This document shows, in pieces, positions 31,742-40,948 of a stretch of DNA of 64,000 bases. How positions within the stretch are numbered: position 1 is the first letter of the stretch; every line of letters starts with the position of its first letter. The notes beneath the pieces were generated by a model, which made no database searches, was not told where the DNA came from, and saw only the letters and a list, made by a program, of their open reading frames with translations. Location of the stretch: the NCBI GenBank assembly GCA_028712375.1, contig JAQTQG010000005.1, positions 7,393 to 71,392 on the forward strand. Direction: 5' to 3'. The translations under genes were made by a program, and so were the position numbers. The DNA comes from Candidatus Omnitrophota bacterium. Lineage in GTDB: Bacteria > Omnitrophota > Gorgyraeia > Gygaellales > Profunditerraquicolaceae.

Positions 31742-32174
31742 GCCTGCCGGAAAATCAACCACAAGTATTCAGCATACCCTGGCGGATTTTATTAAATTAA
31801 ACAGATTGTCCGGGAGCAAAAACAATAAAGTAGTTCTGGTTTTTGACGGATATCCTCCCCGTGCAGAAGAGGCACCTTTTGAAGATAATTTATATTGTTT
31901 GTTTTCACGCGCTAAAGAAGCGGATGAATTAATAAAAGAGATGGTTGAGAGATCCGCTTCTCCTAAGAATATTGTTGTGGTTTCAGATGATAAAGAGGTG
32001 CGCTTAGTCAGCAGATTGCTTCACGCCCAGGTTTGCGGCGTGGAGGAGTTTATCTGTGGCAGAAAGAATAATAAGCGGGCGTCCGCTGTAAGTCCGGCTG
32101 CGGAAGATTTTAAGTTAAGTTATGCTAAAATGCAGAAGATTGATGAGGAGATGAAAAAGAGGTGGTTGAGGTAG
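31686..32174 (+). CDS. NYN/PIN-like domain protein (YacP-like predicted RNA-binding nuclease)
   Basis: VIDACNLI ... VVLVFDGYP ... IVVVSDDKEVR pattern of YacP/NYN proteins; start uncertain and overlaps the upstream gene by about 56 nt. Confidence 0.45.
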   Translation: MSLQYVIDACNLINHPAFKPAGKSTTSIQHTLADFIKLNRLSGSKNNKVVLVFDGYPPRAEEAPFEDNLYCLFSRAKEADELIKEMVERSASPKNIVVVSDDKEVRLVSRLLHAQVCGVEEFICGRKNNKRASAVSPAAEDFKLSYAKMQKIDEEMKKRWLR

Positions 32175-32355
32175 GTTCTTTTAAGTATGCAGTAATGCGG
32201 TAGTTAATGGCACTTACCGATAAACCTGTTGATTACTGAGCCCCAAGCGCGAATCCCGTTTTAGCCGGATTTTTCGGCGCTTCGTTTCTTTAGGATGAAA
32301 GCACAAGCCACTTTAAAGTCAGTGATTCATTACACTGTTATTTAAGGGATAATAC

Positions 32356-32384
32356 TTGACATAACCTGTTAGTTGTGCTAAAGT
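32356..32384 (+). promoter_or_regulatory. sigma70-like promoter TTGACA-17-TAAAGT upstream of the TM-helix-repeat gene
   Basis: TTGACA 32356-32361, 17-nt spacer, TAAAGT 32379-32384; GGAGGG RBS at 32409. Confidence 0.5.
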
Positions 32385-32417
32385 TATAGAAATAGTAACT
32401 TTACAAAGGAGGGAAGC

Positions 32418-33095
32418 ATGAGTAGTTGGCAAATAGTATTGCTAGAGCCGGCACGTACAGTTTTAGCGCAAATTAGCCAATTTATGGTGAATGCGTTGTT
32501 GGTGATTATTATTCTAATTATTGGTTGGCTGCTCTCTAAGGTAGTCAGGTCGATTGTCAGTAAAGTGCTTAAGACAGCGAAGATTAATGAATTATCCAGC
32601 CGCATTGAGCTTGATAAATTGTTAAGTAAAGGCGGGGTAACTTATACTTTATCTGATTTAATCGGAGCAATTTGCTATTGGCTATGCCTGCTCATAACCT
32701 TCATGGTGGCGGTTAATTCTATTGGCCTTACTGTTGCTGCTGATTTATTAAACAAAGTTGTGCTTTATATTCCGAATGTTATTGCTGCTTTGTTTATTCT
32801 GGTTTTAGGAATGTTCGTGTCCACTATATTGAAAAATATCGTACAAACTGCCGCAAATAATGCGGGTTTAAGCCAGGGTAAAATCTTAGCTCAAGTTGTG
32901 GAAACGGTCGTTATTGCTTTTGCTATTTTTGTGGGGTTAGAGCAATTGCAGGTTGGTATTCACATAACCGAATTGACTATTTCCATTGTATTGGGTTCTT
33001 TGGGCCTAGGGTTGGCTCTTGCGTTTGGGTTAGGATGCAAAGAAATTGCCGGTAAATTCGTGGCTGAGTTAATTGAGAAATTGAAGAAGAAATAA
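32418..33095 (+). CDS. membrane protein with conserved TM-helix repeats (small MscS-associated TM_helix family-like)
   Basis: 225 aa, repeated hydrophobic helices separated by short polar linkers, Lys-rich C-terminus. Confidence 0.4.
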   Translation: MSSWQIVLLEPARTVLAQISQFMVNALLVIIILIIGWLLSKVVRSIVSKVLKTAKINELSSRIELDKLLSKGGVTYTLSDLIGAICYWLCLLITFMVAVNSIGLTVAADLLNKVVLYIPNVIAALFILVLGMFVSTILKNIVQTAANNAGLSQGKILAQVVETVVIAFAIFVGLEQLQVGIHITELTISIVLGSLGLGLALAFGLGCKEIAGKFVAELIEKLKKK

Positions 33096-33122
33096 TGTAT
33101 TTGTTTTTGCTTAGGTAGTTTT

Positions 33123-33165
33123 AAACCCCCCGCCATTAATAATGACGGGGGGTTTATTTTTTTTG
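33123..33165 (+). terminator. rho-independent terminator
   Basis: AAACCCCCC-[15 nt loop]-GGGGGGTTT followed by ATTTTTTTTTG. Confidence 0.8.
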
Positions 33166-33247
33166 TTACTCAAGCTTAATAGGGCCCGGATCTGATAAGA
33201 ATTAATCGAAGCAGTATCGTAACGGTTTGCTTAAAAATATATAAATA

Positions 33248-34690
33248 ATGCGGATATTATTTATTACTAAGGAATGGTTATTTCACGAGCGCATGGGGAT
33301 CATGTCCTTAAGTTCTTCTCTAAAACAACAAGGGCATTCTGTGCGTTTAGCAATCGTGGATAAAATAGGGATACCCGGCATGATGCAGTTGGTGGAAGAG
33401 TTTGGCCCGCACCTAATCGGTTATTCAGCGATGACCGGAGAATACCCTGCTCTGCTTAATTTCAACAAAAAGCTTAAAGAATATTTTGAATTTATTTCAG
33501 TTTTTGGCGGCCCGCACGCCACATTCTTCCCGGATATAATTTATGATAGTGGGGTGGATGCGGTTTGCGTGGGCGAAGGAGATATTGCTTTGCCGGATTT
33601 TTGTAAAAAAGTCGATGAATCCGCCGATTTCTGGAAGGCGCCTAATTTCCGGGTTAAGTATAAACAGGAAGTGTTTAAGAATGATTTATTGCCTCTGGTT
33701 GAAGATTTAGATACGCTGCCTTTTCCTGACCGGAGTATTATGTATGCAGCAGACCGGGATCTTTTAGGCGAAGGCCGGAAAATGTTCCTTAGCGGCCGGG
33801 GATGCCCGTATCATTGTTCCTATTGTTTTAATGAAAAATATAATGAAATTTACAGAGGTAAAGGCAACTGGGTGCGCTATCGTTCACCGCGGAATATTGT
33901 TCATGAGATTACGGATTTTTGTAAAACCTACCCTGTGGATTATGTTTGGATTGCTGATGACAACTTTTTAGTGAAGCCGCAAAGATGGTTTGAAGATTTT
34001 TCCGTTCTTTATAAGGCAGAAGTGGGCCTGCCTTTTTCGGTAAACGTAAGGGCCAATAACGTGAGTGATTATGTTATGGGGCAGCTTAAAGAAGCGGGCT
34101 TAGATAGTGTTTGGATGGGGGTGGAGTGCGGTAATCAGGAGCTGGCAAATACGATATTAAAACGCAACCTTGCCAATCAACAAATTTTAGCGGCAGCAAA
34201 GATTTTCCATAAGTATGGTATAAAATTTATGACTGAGAATATTTTTGGTTTGCCGGTAGCTGATCCGTATTCAGTTGATTTGCAGACTCTGGATTTTAAT
34301 CTTAAGCTCAAGCCCACATTAGCTATTGCGTCTTTATTGTACCCTTTTCCCGGTACGCCGGTACGTAAGTATGCTATAGCTAATGGTTTCCTAAGAGAGG
34401 AAGCAGGGTTTTTGCAAACAAGTAAATGTTCCACAATGTTGGAGTTTCCCGTAAAACTAAAACGCAGGATTGAAAATCTGCAAAAACTGTTTCCGATAAT
34501 TGTGCGATTTCCAGCTTTAAGGCGTTTTACGGATATTTTGACTTTGTTGCCGTTAAGGCCGGTTTATCTGCTTCTATTTTATTTTTGGTATGGTTATATT
34601 CAGAAATTTAAAATATTCGCTTTTCGCTCGCTCCGAAAAGAGTTGGGGGCATATGTGCGGTTCTGGTGGAGTTTTTTGAGAAAGACTTAG
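33248..34690 (+). CDS. B12-binding domain radical SAM protein
   Basis: N-terminal Rossmann-like B12-binding region (LIGYSAMTGEY...GGPHATF), radical SAM CxxxCxxC = CPYHCSYC, 480 aa. Confidence 0.7.
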   Translation: MRILFITKEWLFHERMGIMSLSSSLKQQGHSVRLAIVDKIGIPGMMQLVEEFGPHLIGYSAMTGEYPALLNFNKKLKEYFEFISVFGGPHATFFPDIIYDSGVDAVCVGEGDIALPDFCKKVDESADFWKAPNFRVKYKQEVFKNDLLPLVEDLDTLPFPDRSIMYAADRDLLGEGRKMFLSGRGCPYHCSYCFNEKYNEIYRGKGNWVRYRSPRNIVHEITDFCKTYPVDYVWIADDNFLVKPQRWFEDFSVLYKAEVGLPFSVNVRANNVSDYVMGQLKEAGLDSVWMGVECGNQELANTILKRNLANQQILAAAKIFHKYGIKFMTENIFGLPVADPYSVDLQTLDFNLKLKPTLAIASLLYPFPGTPVRKYAIANGFLREEAGFLQTSKCSTMLEFPVKLKRRIENLQKLFPIIVRFPALRRFTDILTLLPLRPVYLLLFYFWYGYIQKFKIFAFRSLRKELGAYVRFWWSFLRKT

Positions 34691-34743
34691 GATGATGAAA
34701 CGGGGACGTTCCCCAAAGGGACACCCTAACAGCAGAAAGTTAA

Positions 34744-34863
34744 GACCGTTTCTTCCTAACTGATTAGGGCGCAATGAGTTTATCTAGAAGTGTCCCCATG
34801 GGGACACTTCTGGCAGAAGCTATTGAAAATAAAAGAGATATTTAGAAACGCTCTAGGAATTTC
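34744..34863 (+). repeat. copy A of a ~120-bp direct repeat with internal palindrome GAAGTGTCCCCATGGGGACACTTC
   Basis: About 90% identical to 36644..36764; contains a 24-nt perfect palindrome (34787-34810) and an overlapping palindrome CTTCTGgCAGAAG. Confidence 0.85.
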
Positions 34864-34920
34864 GTAATATAGAGCTATAAATCTGATAAGTAAGGATAAT
34901 TTGAAAAATGGGAGGTTATA

Positions 34921-35682
34921 ATGAAACAGTGGTATGAGTCGTTATTTGAGAATTATGCGCGTAAATACGATCAAGAGTGTTATGTCCGGGGAACAAGCGG
35001 GGAATGTGATTCCATCGAGCGGGAGATAAACCACGATAAGGCAATAAAAATTCTGGATATCGGTTGCGGTACCGGCCGGCATGCGATTGAATTGGCCAAA
35101 AGAGGGTATCAGGTCACGGGAATCGATCTATCCGAGTCACAGCTTAAGAGGGCTAAAGAAAAAGCAAAAGAGCAAGGGGTCAAGATTGACTTTCAGAGGC
35201 TTGATGCAAGAAACCTCCCTTTTAACGGTGATTTCGATCTGACAATCATGCTCTGCGAAGGCGGGTTTTCTTTGATGGAAACGGACCAAATGAATTTTGA
35301 AATACTTAAGAATGCAACTAAGTCGTTAAAAAATAACGGGAAGTTTATATTTACTGCATTGAACGGATTGTTTCCGCTGCTTCATTCGGTAAAGGATTTT
35401 TATGGCTCGGCAGCTAAAGAAGGGGGCTCGGTCTGTAAAAGTATATCTTTCGATTTGATGACCTTTCGTGATCATAATCGTGTTGAATTTGAAGATGATG
35501 CGGGAAATAAAAAAGTATTGGAATGCAATGAGCGGTGTTATGTCCCCAGCGAGATTACCTGGCTACTGCAATCGCTTGGATATAAGAAAATAGGGATTTT
35601 TGGGGCTAAGCTGGGGGCATACTCAAGAAACGACAAACTAACTACGGAAGATTTTGAGATGCTGGTTATCGCTGAAAAATAG
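34921..35682 (+). CDS. class I SAM-dependent methyltransferase
   Basis: ILDIGCGTGRHAIELAKRGYQVTGIDLS motif I and acidic motif II; SD GGGAGG. Confidence 0.75.
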   Translation: MKQWYESLFENYARKYDQECYVRGTSGECDSIEREINHDKAIKILDIGCGTGRHAIELAKRGYQVTGIDLSESQLKRAKEKAKEQGVKIDFQRLDARNLPFNGDFDLTIMLCEGGFSLMETDQMNFEILKNATKSLKNNGKFIFTALNGLFPLLHSVKDFYGSAAKEGGSVCKSISFDLMTFRDHNRVEFEDDAGNKKVLECNERCYVPSEITWLLQSLGYKKIGIFGAKLGAYSRNDKLTTEDFEMLVIAEK

Positions 35683-35743
35683 CGATTTATAGGACTGCGG
35701 AAATATGGTCATTAAATTTTTAATAAAGGAGTTAATACCTATG

Positions 35744-36622
35744 GTTAAATTAGCGCGTTATATTCTTACGGTTTTTGTTATTATTTTTTGCGCATGCGGT
35801 TGCAATCCTCCTGTACGTACGTTGCCGTTTGCCAATACTCTTTCAGCGGACAACGTGCCGATTGCCTATGCGGTGTACGGGCGGGAAAATGACCCGACCG
35901 TAGTGTTTGTCCATGGGTGGAGCTGCGATAGCCGCTATTGGCACAACCAAATTCCGTATTTTTCGAAAAAATTTCGTGTGATTACTATCGATTTGGCCGG
36001 GCACGGTAATTCCGGTTTTGGCAGAAAGGTTTATACCACGGAAGCCTTTGGCCAAGATGTCGCAGCGGTATTGCGGAAGCTGGATGTGAAAAAAGCGATC
36101 CTGGTTGGGCATTCCATGGGAGGAGAGATCGTTATATATGCGGCTAAGCTTGCGCCGGAAAGAGTGATTGGCCTAGTGGGAGTAGATACTCTTGAAGATC
36201 TGGGGATGGTTTATCCGGATGAGGTAAAAAACAGTATCTATGAACCGATCGCCGCAGATTTCGTGCCGAAGGTACAAGAGTTTGTCCGCAGTATGTTCCC
36301 GGCCAATGCCGATAAAGCCCTGGTCGAGGCGGTCGCCCGGGATATGTCATCGGCTCCGCAGGAGGTGGCGTTGGGTTCGATGCAGGAATATTTTAAGGTG
36401 TCTGATCCGGAACTGATCAAAGGCCTTGCCGTGCCGTTAAAAAGTGTTAATGCCGATCTCTGGCCGACTAATGTTGAAGGGAATAAAAAACTGGTGCCGT
36501 CATATGAGATGGTATTAATGAAAGGCCGTGGACATTTCATTATGTTGGAAGCGCCGGATGAATTTAATGCCCTGCTTGAGCAGATGATTAATCATATTTT
36601 GGTTGAGACAAAAGGAAAGTAG
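35744..36622 (+). CDS. alpha/beta-hydrolase fold lipoprotein
   Basis: Lipobox FCACGC after a signal peptide; HGW oxyanion region VVFVHGWSCD; nucleophile elbow GHSMGG; C-terminal GHF His. Confidence 0.7.
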   Translation, partial: VKLARYILTVFVIIFCACGCNPPVRTLPFANTLSADNVPIAYAVYGRENDPTVVFVHGWSCDSRYWHNQIPYFSKKFRVITIDLAGHGNSGFGRKVYTTEAFGQDVAAVLRKLDVKKAILVGHSMGGEIVIYAAKLAPERVIGLVGVDTLEDLGMVYPDEVKNSIYEPIAADFVPKVQEFVRSMFPANADKALVEAVARDMSSAPQEVALGSMQEYFKVSDPELIKGLAVPLKSVNADLWPTNVEGNKKLVPSYEMVLMKGRGHFIMLEAPDEFNALLEQMINHILVETKGK

Positions 36623-36643
36623 GATATTATAAGAAAGAATGGG

Positions 36644-36764
36644 GACCGTTTCTTCCTAACTGGTTATGGTGCAATGAGTTTATCCAGAAGTGTCCCTATG
36701 AGGATACTTCTGGCAGAAGTTATTGAAAATAAAAGAGATATTTAGAAACGGTCTAGGAATTTTA
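36644..36764 (+). repeat. copy B of the ~120-bp direct repeat (hairpin kept, with a compensatory change and a bulge)
   Basis: Aligns with 34744..34863 at about 90% identity; lies in the 5' leader of miaB. Confidence 0.85.
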
Positions 36765-36809
36765 GGGGCCGATGAACGTAAGTAGAGATACGAAAAGTTA
36801 TATAACTAT

Positions 36810-37958
36810 ATGAGTGATAAAGAGAAGAAACAAAATAAGGTTTTTCTGAGGACTTTCGGCTGTCAAATGAATGTGAGGGATTCAGAGCTCATTTGTGGTT
36901 TATTACAGAAAGCCGGCTATCGAATCAGCGCTACTGAACAGGATGCTGATATAATTATTTTTAATACCTGTTCTGTGCGTAAGCACGCTGAAGACCGGGT
37001 TTGGAGCTTGATTGGCAGCTATAAAGGTTCTAAAATTATCGGGTTGATGGGGTGCATGGCCAAGAATTACCAAGAGAAAGCTTTTGAGCGTGACCCGAGT
37101 ATTAGTTTTGTGGTGGGCCCGCAGGATATCCATAAGCTCCCGGATATTTTAAAAAAACTTAGTGTTAAAAGTTTGTTGGAGCGTAAAATCTGGGAAACCG
37201 ATAGTGTTGAACGGCCGGAAGAAATTTATCATACTGATTTTTATCAGGATGCTAAACATGCTTATGTGGTTATCTCCGAAGGATGCTGTAATTTCTGTTC
37301 TTACTGCGTTGTGCCTTATGTGCGGGGCGCTTTACGCCACCGTAAGCATAAGGATATAATGGCTGAAATTCATCAAGCAATTGACAAGGGAATAACGAAA
37401 GTGACTTTGCTGGGGCAGAATGTTAATGCTTATCAGGATGGCCAGATTAATTTTACTAAGATTCTTGAACAGGTCAATGCTTTAGATGGATTAACGGAGT
37501 TTGATTTTTTCACCTCTCACCCTAAAGATGCTAATCTGGAATTTTTCAAAGCGCTGCATGGCCTGGAAAAGTCGGCTAAGCGCCTGCATCTGCCTTTGCA
37601 GTCAGGTGCAGACCGGATTTTAACTTTAATGAACCGCGGCTATAAGATAAAAGATTACTTGGCTTTAACTGATTCTTATCGTAAGATTGTTAAAGGCGGT
37701 TTGTTAACTACGGATATTATCGTGGGGTTTCCTGGTGAAACCAGGGAAGAATTTCAGGAAACCTGCGCAGTTGTAGAAAAAATCGGGTTTAATGCCGCCT
37801 ATATTTTTAAGTATTCATCCCGGCCGGGTACGGAAGCGGCTAAAATGGCCGGCCAGCTTGAGCAGGATGAAATCAATAAGCGGCATAAAAAGATCCTGGA
37901 TTTACAAAGAGCAATCTCTAAAAAGTTAAGGAGTAGGCATAGCGATGCAAAAAATTAA
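36810..37958 (+). CDS. miaB: MiaB-family radical SAM methylthiotransferase (tRNA ms2i6A37 synthase-like), apparently lacking a C-terminal TRAM domain
   Basis: TFGCQMN MTTase N-domain, radical SAM CCNFCSYC, 382 aa versus about 440 for the full length; followed by miaA. Confidence 0.75.
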   Translation: MSDKEKKQNKVFLRTFGCQMNVRDSELICGLLQKAGYRISATEQDADIIIFNTCSVRKHAEDRVWSLIGSYKGSKIIGLMGCMAKNYQEKAFERDPSISFVVGPQDIHKLPDILKKLSVKSLLERKIWETDSVERPEEIYHTDFYQDAKHAYVVISEGCCNFCSYCVVPYVRGALRHRKHKDIMAEIHQAIDKGITKVTLLGQNVNAYQDGQINFTKILEQVNALDGLTEFDFFTSHPKDANLEFFKALHGLEKSAKRLHLPLQSGADRILTLMNRGYKIKDYLALTDSYRKIVKGGLLTTDIIVGFPGETREEFQETCAVVEKIGFNAAYIFKYSSRPGTEAAKMAGQLEQDEINKRHKKILDLQRAISKKLRSRHSDAKN

Positions 37959-38706
37959 ATTTATCCTGATCTTGCTTGCTAGTTGTTGGTTGCCGGGTTT
38001 TTGCCAGGCAGCTGACCTGGAGGTTTTAAAAACTGATTTTTTACAAGGCAATTACCGCCGGGTCATCTTTGAAGGCCAGGCGGAAGTTGAGCGGATGCAT
38101 TTTAGCAATACGGATGAATTGAATTATATTTTAGGCTTAAGCTACCTTAAAGAATTAAAGATCGCTCCGGCACAGGATTGTTTTAGGCGTATTTTAAATA
38201 ATTCCAACAGTAAATTTAAAGAAGAGGCGAGTTTAGGGCTGGCAGATACTTATTTGGTGAGCGGACAGTTTCAGCAGGCAGAGGATATTTATAATAAGCT
38301 AATTAGCGGTGATTCTAACAGCCGTCAGAAACCGGCGGTACTCTATCGGCTTAGCCAGTTGGAGCTAAAAAAAGGTAATCATCAAAAAAGTAACAGTTAT
38401 TGGTTCAAGCTGAAAAAAGATTTTCCGTTAAGCCCGGAACTAAAGTTAGTTAAACCGATTCCGCTGGCCGATACCTCCGCCAATAACCCGAAAGAATATT
38501 CTGTGCAGGTAGGATTTTTTACCAGTAGCGCTAATGCCAATAATTTTAAAGAAAGGCTTAAAGTTAAAGGGTATTCTGCTTATGTGGAAAGTTTTGGTGC
38601 CGGTTTCCGGGTTAAGGTGGGGAGATTTAATACAGAAAAGGAAGCGTTGGAATTAGAGAGTAAGCTTTTTCAAGAAGGCTTTCAAACCAAGCTCTGTCCG
38701 CAATAG
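37945..38706 (+). CDS. secreted TPR-like / SPOR-domain peptidoglycan-binding protein
   Basis: Signal peptide; C-terminal YSVQVGFFTSSANANNFKERLKVKGYSAYVE...FRVKVGRFNTEKEALELESKL matches the SPOR repeat. Confidence 0.55.
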   Translation: MQKIKFILILLASCWLPGFCQAADLEVLKTDFLQGNYRRVIFEGQAEVERMHFSNTDELNYILGLSYLKELKIAPAQDCFRRILNNSNSKFKEEASLGLADTYLVSGQFQQAEDIYNKLISGDSNSRQKPAVLYRLSQLELKKGNHQKSNSYWFKLKKDFPLSPELKLVKPIPLADTSANNPKEYSVQVGFFTSSANANNFKERLKVKGYSAYVESFGAGFRVKVGRFNTEKEALELESKLFQEGFQTKLCPQ

Positions 38707-38709
38707 TTT

Positions 38710-39630
38710 ATGCCAAAAAAAAAGATAATTTTTCTTCTGGGGCCTACCGGTATAGGTAAATCTGCAGCTGCCATAATTTTGGCAAAGAAAATTAATGCTG
38801 AGATTATTTCTTGTGATTCTATGCAGGTATACCGTAAGATGAATATCCTGACCTCCAAAGCATCTAGCGCGCAAAGAAAAAAAATAAAGCACCATCTTTT
38901 AAGTAAAATTGATCCCACCCGGGAGTATAATGTTGCTAAGTACCGCCAGGATGCGCTATTGATTTGCGAAAAGTTATTCCGCAAAGGAAAAACCCCGCTG
39001 TTTGTTGGGGGGACCGGGCTTTACTATTCCATTATTGTTGATGGGTTATTCCCGGCAGTCCCTCAAGATAAAGCTATACGTACCAAGCTGGAAAAACAGC
39101 TTAAGCAAAAAGGGAATAAATATTTTTATAGAAAGTTGCTTAAAGTGGACGCGGGGGCCGCCGGTAAGATACATCCTAATGACACCAGAAGAATCATCCG
39201 CGCGTTAGAAGTATATTTAAAAACAGGGGAGTGTATTTCCCAGCTGCAAAAAAACCGGGTTGGTTTAGGTAAAGATTATAATATTAAGGTTCTCGGGTTA
39301 AATTTAGACCGGCAGCATCTTTATGATAGAATTAATCAAAGAGTGGATAAGATGTTTGAACTGGGTTTAATTAGCGAGGTTAAACGTTTACTTAAGTATA
39401 AATTGAGCCAGACTGCTCAATGCGCTATCGGCATCCGTGAATTGAAAGGTTATTTTGACGCAAACTATCCTTTGGCAGAAGCCAAGCGCCTGATGCAGCG
39501 TAATAGCCGGCACTATGCTAAGCGCCAGTTGACCTGGTTTAGAAAAGATAAGCGTATTAAATGGGTGGATATTAAACAAAAAGAATCTCCTGCGCAGGTA
39601 GCGCTTAAACTATGGAAAAAGCTCTCTTAA
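38710..39630 (+). CDS. miaA: tRNA dimethylallyltransferase
   Basis: IFLLGPTGIGKS P-loop, DSMQVYR and GGTGLYY motifs. Confidence 0.9.
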   Translation: MPKKKIIFLLGPTGIGKSAAAIILAKKINAEIISCDSMQVYRKMNILTSKASSAQRKKIKHHLLSKIDPTREYNVAKYRQDALLICEKLFRKGKTPLFVGGTGLYYSIIVDGLFPAVPQDKAIRTKLEKQLKQKGNKYFYRKLLKVDAGAAGKIHPNDTRRIIRALEVYLKTGECISQLQKNRVGLGKDYNIKVLGLNLDRQHLYDRINQRVDKMFELGLISEVKRLLKYKLSQTAQCAIGIRELKGYFDANYPLAEAKRLMQRNSRHYAKRQLTWFRKDKRIKWVDIKQKESPAQVALKLWKKLS

Positions 39631-40871
39631 TCAGTGTACAGTTAAAGACAGATAAGCATCATTGGCGTATTGAAGACATTTCCGCAGAGCTGGAAGAGTT
39701 GGCTTCTTCAACTTCGGTGGAGGTGTTGGAAAATGTTATTTGTATTTGTGACCATGCTACGCCAAATTATCTTATTGGGAAAGGCAAGGTTGAAGAAATT
39801 AGTTTTATTGCCCATGAAGAAGGAGCAGATGTTGTAATTTTCAGCCATGATTTAACCGGTACCCAGCAGCGAAATTTGGAAAAAGCTTTGGGCCGCAGGA
39901 CAATTGACCGCACCCAGCTTATCCTGGATATTTTTAGCCGCCGGGCCAGAAGCCCGGAAGGAAAAATGCAGGTAGAGCTGGCCCAGTTGGAATATTTACT
40001 TCCACGCCTGTCCGGTAAAGGGGTAATGCTTTCAGATTTGGGAGGCGGTATCGGTACGCGCGGGCCGGGTGAAACCAAATTAGAGCTTGACCGCCGCCAG
40101 GCCAGGAGAAAGATTGATAAGCTAAAAGAAGATTTAAGAAATACGCGCCAGCATCGCTTAGCAATGCGTAAGAAGAGAAAAAATAATGCTTTGCCAATAG
40201 TGGCTTTGGTAGGCTATACCAGCGCAGGCAAATCGACACTTTTAAATCTTTTAACTGCGTCCGCCCAGGTTACTTCAGAAAAACTATTTACTACCCTGGA
40301 TCCGCTTTCTAAGAATTTATCTCTTCCTAACGGGCAAAATATTATTGTTTCCGATACGGTTGGATTTTTACATGAACTCCCGCATCATTTAATTGAAGCT
40401 TTTAAGGCTACCTTAGAAGAGGTGGCGGAAGCAGATTTATTAATTCATGTTTTGGATGCCGCAGATCCGCGCCTGGTTTTACATAATCAAGCGGTGCTTA
40501 GTGTTTTGGAAGAACTGGGAGTGCAGGATAAAACTATTCTGGTGGCCTTAAATAAAATTGATTTAATCCAAGACCGCGGCTGGCTGGAGCTATCCAAAAA
40601 AGATTTTCCCGATTCTGTTTGTTTGTCCGCTAAAACCGGGGAGAATCTGGATATCCTGCTCAAAAAGATAGCTGATTATTTTTCCGGCCTTATGTTGAGT
40701 TTACATATTCTTATTCCGCATAACCGGATGGACTTGGTGGATTTCTTTTACCGCCAGGCCAAAATAAAAAAAATTGATTATTCTCAGGAAGGTGTGAATA
40801 TCAACCTGGAGATTGCCAGGTTGATATTTGAAAGAATCGGAAAAGATAAAGATATCAAGATTATCTGTTAG
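39612..40871 (+). CDS. hflX: GTPase HflX
   Basis: HflX N-domain (SRRARSPEGKMQVELAQLEYLLPRL), G-domain GYTSAGKSTLLN / DTVGF / NKID. Confidence 0.85.
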   Translation: MEKALLISVQLKTDKHHWRIEDISAELEELASSTSVEVLENVICICDHATPNYLIGKGKVEEISFIAHEEGADVVIFSHDLTGTQQRNLEKALGRRTIDRTQLILDIFSRRARSPEGKMQVELAQLEYLLPRLSGKGVMLSDLGGGIGTRGPGETKLELDRRQARRKIDKLKEDLRNTRQHRLAMRKKRKNNALPIVALVGYTSAGKSTLLNLLTASAQVTSEKLFTTLDPLSKNLSLPNGQNIIVSDTVGFLHELPHHLIEAFKATLEEVAEADLLIHVLDAADPRLVLHNQAVLSVLEELGVQDKTILVALNKIDLIQDRGWLELSKKDFPDSVCLSAKTGENLDILLKKIADYFSGLMLSLHILIPHNRMDLVDFFYRQAKIKKIDYSQEGVNINLEIARLIFERIGKDKDIKIIC

Positions 40872-40948
40872 ATTATCTAACAAAAATAATTATTTTACTT
40901 GACAAATAATATTAGTTATGCTAAGCTTAATTTGCATGGAGGCAGGGT

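Noticed and set aside
32181-32355. Possible tRNA or tmRNA in the 243-bp gap
   Set aside because: A GCGAATCC fragment resembles part of a T-loop, but I could not build an acceptor stem or a D-arm.
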